NCBI RefSeq assembly: GCF_008065095.1
Contig: NZ_CP042911.1
Span: 8,910,001-8,942,000 of the forward strand
DNA: 32,000 nucleotides
Reading direction: 5' to 3'
From: Gemmata obscuriglobus
GTDB lineage: Bacteria > Planctomycetota > Planctomycetia > Gemmatales > Gemmataceae
The translations under genes and the position numbers were made by a program. Shown piece by piece: positions 8,861-16,440 of this stretch; the first letter of the stretch is position 1; each line of letters opens with the position of its first letter. The notes under the pieces are model-generated. The model worked only from the letters and a program-made list of their open reading frames with translations, had not been told where the DNA came from and searched no databases.

Positions 8861-9400
8861 GTGAGTTACCGCGTTGCTGCGCTCGGGTCCTGGCTCGCCG
8901 TGTTAGTAGGCGGCCTCTACCTTCTTGCTGCCCATCAGTTCACTCCCGGGCCAAGCGGAACCGTATCGCGTCAGTGGCCCGAACCGGCGCACAGCACCAT
9001 CCCCCGGGCGGTGATGTTCGTCCACCCTCACTGCCCCTGTACCCCAACCTCCCTGCGCAATTTCGCCGCGCTTGTGGCTAGAGAGCGTTGTGAGGCCGTA
9101 ATTTACGTCGTCGCGGGCGCCAGCGATGGTACGCCCAACGGTCGTGCTGCCGCCAACGTGCCCAAGGCCGAGTGTCGCCCCGATCCGGACGGAAGCGTCG
9201 CGAAACGATTCGGCGCGATGACATCTGGCCACGTGTTTCTGTACTCCCCCAACGGCCAGTTGGTGTTCGAGGGGGGCATAACCGATGGGCGCGGCCACGA
9301 AGGCGAGAATCCGGGACTCTGGGCGGCAAGCGCCCGGCTGTCCGGCACCGAAGGTACGCCCGTGTCGTTCCCGGTGTTCGGTTGCACGTTGCAAGACTGA
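8861..9400 (+). CDS. membrane-anchored thioredoxin-fold protein with C-P-C motif
   Basis: The ORF is 8660..9400. I prefer GTG 8861, which gives an N-terminal TM helix (LGSWLAVLVGGLYLLAA). The motif is MFVHPHCPCT, and the sequence ends with a conserved-looking GGITDGRGHEGEN ... VFGCTL. The start is uncertain. Confidence 0.5.
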   Translation: MSYRVAALGSWLAVLVGGLYLLAAHQFTPGPSGTVSRQWPEPAHSTIPRAVMFVHPHCPCTPTSLRNFAALVARERCEAVIYVVAGASDGTPNGRAAANVPKAECRPDPDGSVAKRFGAMTSGHVFLYSPNGQLVFEGGITDGRGHEGENPGLWAASARLSGTEGTPVSFPVFGCTLQD

Positions 9401-9421
9401 CCTCAATTTCGGAGCCGAACC

Positions 9422-11173
9422 TTGGCGCCTCACACCGGAGCACACGCCGAAGAACTCTACCGGACCGCGGTTGCGAACAACCGGGGCCGCGCCGACCGGT
9501 TGCTCGCCGGCCTCATGGTCGCCCAGTGGGGGTTGCTGATCGTGCTGGCACTGGTCGTCAGCCCGCGCGCCTGGGCCGGTTCGGAATCGAGCGTTCACTT
9601 CCACGTCTGGGTGGCCGTTCTGCTCGGGGCGGCGTGCGCGGCCGCTCCGGTATACCTCGCGGTCAATCAACCGGGCGAAGAGATAAACGGGTACGTGGTC
9701 GCTGTCGCGCAGATGGTGATGGGGATACTCGTGATGCACCTGACCGCCGGGCGCATCGAGTCGCACTTCCACGTGTTCGCCTCCATCGGCATGCTCGCCG
9801 TGTACCGGGAGTGGCGCGTCCTTGTGCTGGGTGTGGCCGTCGCGGCCGTCGATCACATCGCCCGCGGGTTCCTGTGGTGGCAGTCGGTGTACGGGTCGAG
9901 CGCGTACAGCAACTGGCTCTGGCTCGAGCACGCCGCCTGGGCGCTATTTTCAATGCCCGTGCTGGCCTGGATGTGCGTCCTCAGCCAGAACGAAATGCGG
10001 ACCCAGGCCGCACGCGAGGCCGCTCTCGCCGAAGCCGAACGGGCAACCGCGGCCAACATGCAGGAACTCGCGGCCAAGGCCCAGGAGATCCGCGAGCGCA
10101 CGGAGCGAGAAAACGCGATCCGCACCGAGCGCGAAGCCGCGGCGGAGCGAGCTCGCCACGCGGAGCGCGCGCACGCAGAAGAACTGAAACAAAAGGTGAG
10201 CGTCATCCTGTCGGGAATGAACGCGCTGGCCGCGGGCGACTTCACGGTATCAGTGCCGGCCCTGGGCTCCGACGATTTGGGCCAAATGGCGGTCGCCCTC
10301 AACACCGCGGTGGGTAGCGTGCGCGCGGCACTGGAGGGCATGCGCGAGGTGTCCGAGCAACTGGCCGACGCCTCGTCGCAACTGGCCGCGGCCAGCGAAG
10401 AAATCTCCACGGGCGCACAGGAACAAGCGAGCAGCCTGGAGGAAACGGCCAGCACGCTGCACGAGATCACCGCGACCGTGCGCCGCAGCGCGGACAGCGC
10501 CCAGCAGGCCCGCCAACTTGCCAACGGCTCCACGGAGGTGGCGCAAAGGGGCGGGAGCGTGGTCAGCGACGCGGTGAGTGCGATGGGCGAGATCAACGGG
10601 TCGTCGAAGAGGATCGCGGACATCATCACGACGATCGACGAGATCGCGTTCCAGACCAACCTGCTGGCCCTCAACGCGGCGGTCGAGGCGGCCCGGGCCG
10701 GCGAGCAGGGGCGCGGGTTCGCCGTCGTCGCCACCGAGGTCCGAAACCTCGCCCAGCGGTCCGCCACCGCCGCCAAAGAAATCAAAGCCCTGATCCAGGA
10801 CTCGGTGAAGAAAGTGGACGCGGGCACGGAACTGGTAAATAAGTCGGGGGACACGCTGGCCGAGATCGTGACCAGCGTGAAGCGGGTAACCGACATCGTG
10901 ACCGAGATGGCGGCGGCCAGCCGGGAGCAGTCCGCCGGCATCGAGCAGGTGAACAAGGCCGTCAGCCAGATGGACACGGTGACCCAGCGGAACGCCTCGC
11001 AAACCGAAGAGATGAGCGCCACCGCCCAGACCCTCACGGACCAAGCCGCGCAGCTCCGAGAGCTCGTCTCACGGTTCAAGCTCGGCAACACGCCGGTCAC
11101 CGCATCACGGGCACTTAAGGCTACAAAGAAAGGCCGAGCCGCACCTCACGGCTCCCGAAACCGGAGCCACTAA
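9422..11173 (+). CDS. methyl-accepting chemotaxis protein with a His-rich 6-TM N-terminal input module
   Basis: The canonical MCP signalling hairpin is present ([41 protein letters not shown]). The start is TTG 9422 with GGAG 7 nt upstream. About six predicted TM helices precede an Ala/Glu/Arg coiled coil and a HAMP-like segment. Confidence 0.85.
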   Translation: MAPHTGAHAEELYRTAVANNRGRADRLLAGLMVAQWGLLIVLALVVSPRAWAGSESSVHFHVWVAVLLGAACAAAPVYLAVNQPGEEINGYVVAVAQMVMGILVMHLTAGRIESHFHVFASIGMLAVYREWRVLVLGVAVAAVDHIARGFLWWQSVYGSSAYSNWLWLEHAAWALFSMPVLAWMCVLSQNEMRTQAAREAALAEAERATAANMQELAAKAQEIRERTERENAIRTEREAAAERARHAERAHAEELKQKVSVILSGMNALAAGDFTVSVPALGSDDLGQMAVALNTAVGSVRAALEGMREVSEQLADASSQLAAASEEISTGAQEQASSLEETASTLHEITATVRRSADSAQQARQLANGSTEVAQRGGSVVSDAVSAMGEINGSSKRIADIITTIDEIAFQTNLLALNAAVEAARAGEQGRGFAVVATEVRNLAQRSATAAKEIKALIQDSVKKVDAGTELVNKSGDTLAEIVTSVKRVTDIVTEMAAASREQSAGIEQVNKAVSQMDTVTQRNASQTEEMSATAQTLTDQAAQLRELVSRFKLGNTPVTASRALKATKKGRAAPHGSRNRSH

Positions 11174-11399
11174 GCGCCAACGGATCAACGCACCAGCGCG
11201 CCAGAACGGTCACGGACACGAAACGGACGGGCGATGTCGGCAACGGGTTTACCGATCGCTGAAGGCCGGTACACAATTCGGCGCCGATGCCCGCTCGCGA
11301 TTTTGAGTCAGAGATTTCACCTGCACCAACACCGCAAGCACACTTTATCGTGGTGGTCCTCTTCGCCCATCGCGCCGACGATAGCAGGCCGATCGGCAC

Positions 11400-12137
11400 T
11401 CATCCTTTTCCCAACACCAAATCCACGACCCAGCACCCGCGAACGTGTGGTCCGAGTCCGCGGCAGTGGTTCAGGATGTCGTCAGAGTCGCACCCGGCGT
11501 CCTGAAGGGCGTCGGCGAGAATCGGCATCGCGGAGAAGTCGCGGGACTCGTACATCCGCGCCGCGAGGGCGCGAACCGTGTCGGTGCGCCACTCCGGGGC
11601 GAAGGCGGCAGGTCGGAAGGGGTTCCCAAGGACGCAGCGTACAAGGTTCGCCAGTTCGGCTTCGTCGGGTCCGGTGAGTTTTTGCACCTCATCCTGTGAA
11701 GGGCGCCCAAGGTAAGCTTGGGGGCCGAGGCGGAGACGCAGATTGAGTTGTACCGATTGAGCTAACGCGCTCACCAATCCTCCGTCCCGTTGCAACGTGT
11801 AAGCGGCTAAGGAAGCCCGCTGACAGTCTCGGCACAGCGCCTCAGAGTCGGCGGATTGGGAGCCGTCCTGTCGGAGCCTTAACCCGAAGAGCCGTTGAAA
11901 GTTGTTCGCGCGCTGGCGGGCCGTCCGGTGTGCCTTTTCCAGCTCACGCGCGTGAGCGGCATTGTCTGCGTACAGCTCGGCCACCTCGACCCCGGACCGC
12001 GAGTCCTTGTCGAGCAAAGTCCACACGCGGCGGCAGCAAGCGACGGCCAACAGGCGGGCCTTCCGCGCCCCCGCGAGGTCAACGTGCGGTGCCATCGTCC
12101 AAGGTTCATCGCACGCGAGCCATTCCGCTTCGGTCAT
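11400..12137 (-). CDS. hypothetical protein (planctomycete/myxobacterial-type family ending ...HVRGCWVVDLVLGKG)
   Basis: The ORF is clean, starts at ATG 12137 and begins 9 nt after the stop of the upstream U32 gene on the same strand. The N-terminus is TEAEWLACDEPW...RLLAVACCRR. The C-terminus is RDFSAMPILADALQDAGCD..ILNHCRG. I know of no function for this family. Confidence 0.6.
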   Translation of the reverse strand: MTEAEWLACDEPWTMAPHVDLAGARKARLLAVACCRRVWTLLDKDSRSGVEVAELYADNAAHARELEKAHRTARQRANNFQRLFGLRLRQDGSQSADSEALCRDCQRASLAAYTLQRDGGLVSALAQSVQLNLRLRLGPQAYLGRPSQDEVQKLTGPDEAELANLVRCVLGNPFRPAAFAPEWRTDTVRALAARMYESRDFSAMPILADALQDAGCDSDDILNHCRGLGPHVRGCWVVDLVLGKG

Positions 12138-12146
12138 CGGTTGGCC

Positions 12147-14663
12147 TCACAACAAGTTCAGCGTTCCCCTCGTTACCCCTAACTGGTTCAGCGCCCGAAG
12201 CTGTCGCCACGTTTCGCGGCCATCGTCCACGCCCGCAACCACCCGTGCGTACCGCGTCAGCAGCGGCCCCACCTGCGCCGGCGCCTCACGCAGCAGGTCC
12301 ACGCGGAACCGTGCTAACCCCAGCTCGCGCATCCGGCTCACGTACTCCGCGGCACTCTGTGCGGCGCTGTTGAACACAGTGTTTCGGCAGCCCGTGTCCG
12401 GCAGCACCGGGAACGGAGCGCCAACCCGGTCCCGTAACTCGACCTTGTGCACCTCGCAGGGGCGCCCGCAATCGCGGTGATCCTTGCCGGTACTCAGGAA
12501 CGCCGCGAACACACAGTGCTCCATGTGGAACATGGGCATATGTTGGTGAATCACCGGCTCGAACCATTCCGGCCGCGATCGCCGCACCATTGACACAAGT
12601 TGATCCCAGTTCAGATCGTAACTCGGCACCAACCGTTCCAGGCCGGCTTCCAGAAGCACACTTGCCGTCAGTTCGTTCGCGACGTTGAGGCTGAAATCAC
12701 CGACCAGTCGCGCGTGCGGCAACTGCTCCCGGAAATAGCTGATCGATGCGAGGTTGCGCACCAGAACGATGTCGGGCTCGGCCCGCGCGACAAGCGACTG
12801 AAACCCGTCTTCCCCCGGCTTCCACACCCGCACCGGCGCCAGCCCGACCGGCACGCCCGCGGCACGTGCCCGCGGGACCGCGTCCTTGTACCGGCGCAGG
12901 TCCTCGAAGTCGCAGTACACCGCAGCCAGTTTGGGAAGACCGTCGGGCGGCGCCCACGCGAGTACGGCGTCGAGTTGATCCAAATTGCGCACGAGAACGG
13001 TGAGCGAAGCGCCGCCCTCGCGATCATCCACCCGCATGCTTCTGCTCGGCAGGAGCGAGAACTCCCGTCGCAGTTCCTCCAGCGCGTTGGGGTTGTTGAT
13101 CGCGTGTTTACGCCCGGCGCTCCGCGCTTCCGCGAGTGCGGTCGCGCCTTGTCGGCGCAAGTCGTTCAGCACGCTCCGCGGCAGCATCACGCCCGCGGGC
13201 AGGTCGAGCGATACTTCGTCCAGTTCAAACGGCGTATCCCCGAGCCGCGACAGTTGCTCCCGCACCTCTCCGGCCGAAGTCGGCTGTTTGCGGGCTAACT
13301 CGAGTGGTCCGGCCCACGCCGCAGAGGATTCGCTCGCACCATCGATCAGGGTCAACGTGAGAGTGCCACCAATCGCACCCTCCAGGCGCGCCCGGACCGG
13401 CACCCGACGGGCGGGTTTATCCTGCGAATAGCTTTGCTCCAACCGCTTGCGCAGCGCGGGATCGTCCGTCTTGTACACGTCGCACCCGACCGCCACCGAT
13501 GCGAGGTCGACCGCACCGTCGGCGAAGTACAGTTCCACCTGCGCGGGCGCCGCACGACGGACGCTCCACACACGACCGCCCGGCTCTTGCGTGTCCGGCC
13601 GCCCCAAGTCGAACAGGACACCGTCGCCGGGCTTGACGAGATCGTCGAACGCCTCGGCCAGTTCCACCCGCGCGCCCCCGCGCACGAACCCGGACACGCG
13701 CCCGAGGCGCACCCCGCGGCTTTTGGGGAACCGCCCGCGAACGAGCATCTGGTGGTTCACGCCTTCCAGAAACCCCGGCGTCAGCCCGCGGCTGAACGTT
13801 TGCGCCAGGTCCAGTTGCTCGCGCCGCGGCAGCGTGAATGCGCGATCCGCGAGCTTCGTGTCGAGCGCCTTGCGATATGTCTGCGTGGTCGCGGCGACAT
13901 ACGGGCCGCCCTTCAGTCGGCCCTCGATCTTGAACGAGATCACCCCGGCGTCCACCAAATCGCCGATGAGGTCGAACGCGGCCAAGTCTTGAGGGCTGAG
14001 CAGGTACGCGCGGTCGCCGAGGTCGCGCGCCTGCCCGTCGACGATCATCTCGTAAGGGAGCCGACACGCCTGCGCGCACTGCCCGCGGTTCGCGCTGCGC
14101 CCGCCCAGCGCCTCGCTCGTCAGGCACTGCCCGCTGTACGCCACGCACAGCGCGCCGTGAACGAACACCTCGACCGGGGTGACGGTGTTCGCGGTCACTT
14201 TCTGAATGTCCGCCAGGGACAGTTCGCGCGCGAGTACGACCCGCTCGACACCGAGTTCTGTGACGAACGCGATGCCGCGCGGCTCCGTCAGCGTCATCTG
14301 CGTGCTGCCGTGGACCGGCAGCGTCGGGGCGAGGCGCTTGATGAGTCGCACCAGCCCCAAATCCTGCACGATAACCGCGTCAACCCCGGCACCGGCGATC
14401 CGCTTCACAAACTCCGCGACCGCTTCGAGTTCGTCCGAGAAAATGAGCGTATTGAGGGTCACGAACCCTTTCACGTTCCGCCCGTGGAGGAACCGCATCA
14501 CGTCAGACAGTTCGTCCGGTGCGAAGTTGGCAGCGCGTGCGCGCGCGTTAAAGTTGGACAGCCCGAAGTAGACCGCGTCGGCCCCGTTCGCGACCGCGGC
14601 GCGCATCGCGTCCCAGTCACCCGCGGGGGCCAAAAGCTCGGGCTTTGTGTTTGGAGCAGACAT
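12147..14663 (-). CDS. U32-family peptidase-like protein, double-domain (N-terminal U32 + linker, C-terminal second U32-like Cys-rich module)
   Basis: The U32 signature EVFVHGALCVAYSGQCLTS is present, and the N-terminus is ELLAPAGDWDAMRAAVANGADAVYFG. The C-terminal half has HMEHCVFAAF..C..C Cys residues. Confidence 0.85.
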   Translation of the reverse strand: MSAPNTKPELLAPAGDWDAMRAAVANGADAVYFGLSNFNARARAANFAPDELSDVMRFLHGRNVKGFVTLNTLIFSDELEAVAEFVKRIAGAGVDAVIVQDLGLVRLIKRLAPTLPVHGSTQMTLTEPRGIAFVTELGVERVVLARELSLADIQKVTANTVTPVEVFVHGALCVAYSGQCLTSEALGGRSANRGQCAQACRLPYEMIVDGQARDLGDRAYLLSPQDLAAFDLIGDLVDAGVISFKIEGRLKGGPYVAATTQTYRKALDTKLADRAFTLPRREQLDLAQTFSRGLTPGFLEGVNHQMLVRGRFPKSRGVRLGRVSGFVRGGARVELAEAFDDLVKPGDGVLFDLGRPDTQEPGGRVWSVRRAAPAQVELYFADGAVDLASVAVGCDVYKTDDPALRKRLEQSYSQDKPARRVPVRARLEGAIGGTLTLTLIDGASESSAAWAGPLELARKQPTSAGEVREQLSRLGDTPFELDEVSLDLPAGVMLPRSVLNDLRRQGATALAEARSAGRKHAINNPNALEELRREFSLLPSRSMRVDDREGGASLTVLVRNLDQLDAVLAWAPPDGLPKLAAVYCDFEDLRRYKDAVPRARAAGVPVGLAPVRVWKPGEDGFQSLVARAEPDIVLVRNLASISYFREQLPHARLVGDFSLNVANELTASVLLEAGLERLVPSYDLNWDQLVSMVRRSRPEWFEPVIHQHMPMFHMEHCVFAAFLSTGKDHRDCGRPCEVHKVELRDRVGAPFPVLPDTGCRNTVFNSAAQSAAEYVSRMRELGLARFRVDLLREAPAQVGPLLTRYARVVAGVDDGRETWRQLRALNQLGVTRGTLNLL

Positions 14664-14706
14664 GCCAGGATTGTAGCAGAAAGGCGAAAAGCAATATTAT
14701 CCGCCG

Positions 14707-14782
14707 GCCGACGCGGGCGGACACCGATTTCGGAAACAGAAGCACCCTTCCGTCTCCGAAATCGGTGTCCGCCCGCGTCGGC
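14707..14782. repeat. perfect 28-bp inverted repeat with 20-nt spacer (hairpin/terminator)
   Basis: gccgacgcgggcggacaccgatttcgga (14707-14734) is the exact reverse complement of 14755-14782. The element lies just downstream of the minus-strand CPBP gene stop (14809) and upstream of the U32 gene start (14663). Confidence 0.75.
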
Positions 14783-14808
14783 TGACGGGGCGGATCAGTT
14801 CCGGCTTC

Positions 14809-15783
14809 TCAACCGAACGGTCGGTACGCGTCGTAGGCGACGACCGCAAGGTTGTGCAAGAAGTGCAGGAGTACGGCCAGCGGCAGTCCGCCGTACACGC
14901 GGGCGTATCCAAGGAACCCGCCAACCAGGAACAGGTACGGCATTCCGAGGATGTTCCCGAGGTGCGCACCGGCGAACGCCACGGCGGTGAGCCAGATCGC
15001 CAAGTGAACGTTCAACGATTTTCGCAGCACGCCGAGCGTCATTTGGCGGAAAAACAGCTCCTCCACAATGCCCGGCTGGACACAGATCAGCAGCACCGTA
15101 ATGAGGGTCAGCTTCATCCGCTCCGGCTCGGGCGCGCCGAGCGGCTTGAGCAGTTCGCGCAGAAGTGTGAAGAACGCCAGGTTCAGGACCAACAGGAGGC
15201 ACAGGAGCGGGAACGATGCGGCCCAGGTGAGGGCCGCCGTACCCTCCGGCACCTTTTGCCGCGCCGCCTTCCAAACGAGGCCCAGAGCGAGCAGCGTGAG
15301 CCCCGTGGTCACGACCTCGGCGAACGCCTGCCCGGCGATGAGGTCGTCGCCCTCGGTCATTCCGCCGAGTGCCACGAGCACCGCACACCCGACCAGCGAC
15401 GCGAGGAGCCCGAAGTACGCCACCGGTACGACGACCAGCGGCGGAATCAGGTACGGGCGCCGCACCGGGATCGCGTACTCGGGGCGGGGCGGGCGCCGGC
15501 CTTCGTACTCGTCGCCGGGCGCGCGGACCGGCCGGGCGCGGGGCGGGCGCCGCGGACGACCACGGGGCGCGGCACCGAGTTGGTTGCCGCACCACGGGCA
15601 CTGCCCAGCGACCGGTTCGGCCGTCTCCCCGCACCGACGGCACAGCAGCCGCTGTATCGGATAAACGATCGGCACACCGTCCGCCTCGTTGCTGGTCGCC
15701 GAATCACGTTTGGCGCCGGAGGCACCGCTCCCGAGCAGAGACGGGACCGGCTCGGCAAAACGGTCGGTGTCGTCGGGCGGCAT
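14809..15783 (-). CDS. CPBP-family intramembrane glutamic endopeptidase with N-terminal zinc-ribbon
   Basis: The CPBP motifs EELFFR, FAGAH and HFLHN are present. The N-terminal cytoplasmic segment has CRRCG...CPWCG. ATG 15783 is the chosen start; the ORF extends to 15867. Confidence 0.8.
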   Translation of the reverse strand: MPPDDTDRFAEPVPSLLGSGASGAKRDSATSNEADGVPIVYPIQRLLCRRCGETAEPVAGQCPWCGNQLGAAPRGRPRRPPRARPVRAPGDEYEGRRPPRPEYAIPVRRPYLIPPLVVVPVAYFGLLASLVGCAVLVALGGMTEGDDLIAGQAFAEVVTTGLTLLALGLVWKAARQKVPEGTAALTWAASFPLLCLLLVLNLAFFTLLRELLKPLGAPEPERMKLTLITVLLICVQPGIVEELFFRQMTLGVLRKSLNVHLAIWLTAVAFAGAHLGNILGMPYLFLVGGFLGYARVYGGLPLAVLLHFLHNLAVVAYDAYRPFG

Positions 15784-15988
15784 GAATGTTCCGACGGTCA
15801 GAGCTTGCTCGCGCAGTGGGAACCGAGAGGCACCAAATTGTAGCAAACCAATCAAGGGCACTGGCAACAGTTATCCCGCGATTGCGGCACTTTTCTCAAA
15901 GCCGCCCAGGCCGCTCCTGGGAGTCCAGAAGGTGCCGGGCGCGCCGAACCGGCTTCCACGCCATCGGCGCGCCGCACAGAGAGCCGGC

Positions 15989-16321
15989 TCACTTTTCCGC
16001 CGGCGCGGTCAGCACCGTGATGTCACCGGAGTAGCGCGGCGCCAGCACCTGCGTCACCTCTTCGAGGTCGAACTTCGCCCCCCTCTTCAGAGTAAACTTC
16101 GCTTGCCGGGTCTTGCCGTTGGTCGTGATCGTGTCGGGCTCTACCCACGGTAGAGTCGCGAGCCGCTCTTTGACGGCTTGCGGGCACGTCACTCACGTCA
16201 TGTCGGGCACTTTGAGCACCACCTGGTTCGGCGCGTCGGTCGGCATCGGCTCGTCCGACCCGCGCGGCGCCGGCGCACACCCGGCCAACGCGAGAACAAG
16301 AACCATCGCACCTGCACGCAT
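15989..16321 (-). CDS. HMA (heavy-metal-associated) domain lipoprotein with in-frame TGA at the first Cys of the CxxC motif: candidate selenoprotein (UxxC)
   Basis: My translation of the minus strand gives ATG 16321, with GGAGG 7 nt upstream. Next come MRAGAMVLVLALAGC (lipobox) and ...NQVVLKVPDMT. The TGA is at 16193-16195 and is followed by VTCPQAVKERLATLPWVE... running to the stop at 15989. The ORF track only shows the GTG-initiated 67-aa tail. Confidence 0.65.
16157..16182 (-). promoter_or_regulatory. candidate bacterial SECIS-like hairpin downstream of the in-frame UGA
   Basis: The mRNA reads 5'-CGCAAGCCG-UCAAAGAG-CGGCUCGCG-3'. It forms 8 base pairs with one A.C mismatch and starts 10 nt after the UGA. 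If the closing G-C pair opens, the loop begins with GU. I folded it by eye only. Confidence 0.35.
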
Positions 16322-16440
16322 GAAATCGCCTCCGAGAGATAAACTCGAAGTAGTTTAGACGCGCCCGCGCCGCGGGGCACAAACTTGTTTGCAGTCCCTG
16401 AAGGGATTACGCTGCAAATACGCCCGTAGGAGCCGCCCCC

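Noticed and set aside
15989-16192. Stand-alone 67-aa GTG-initiated ORF (MTCPQAV...) as listed in the ORF track
   Set aside because: It has no SD. It would start in the middle of an HMA fold and lack the first beta-strand and the first motif Cys. The in-frame upstream 42 codons have an SD, an ATG and a lipoprotein signal. It is better explained as the part of one gene that follows the UGA.
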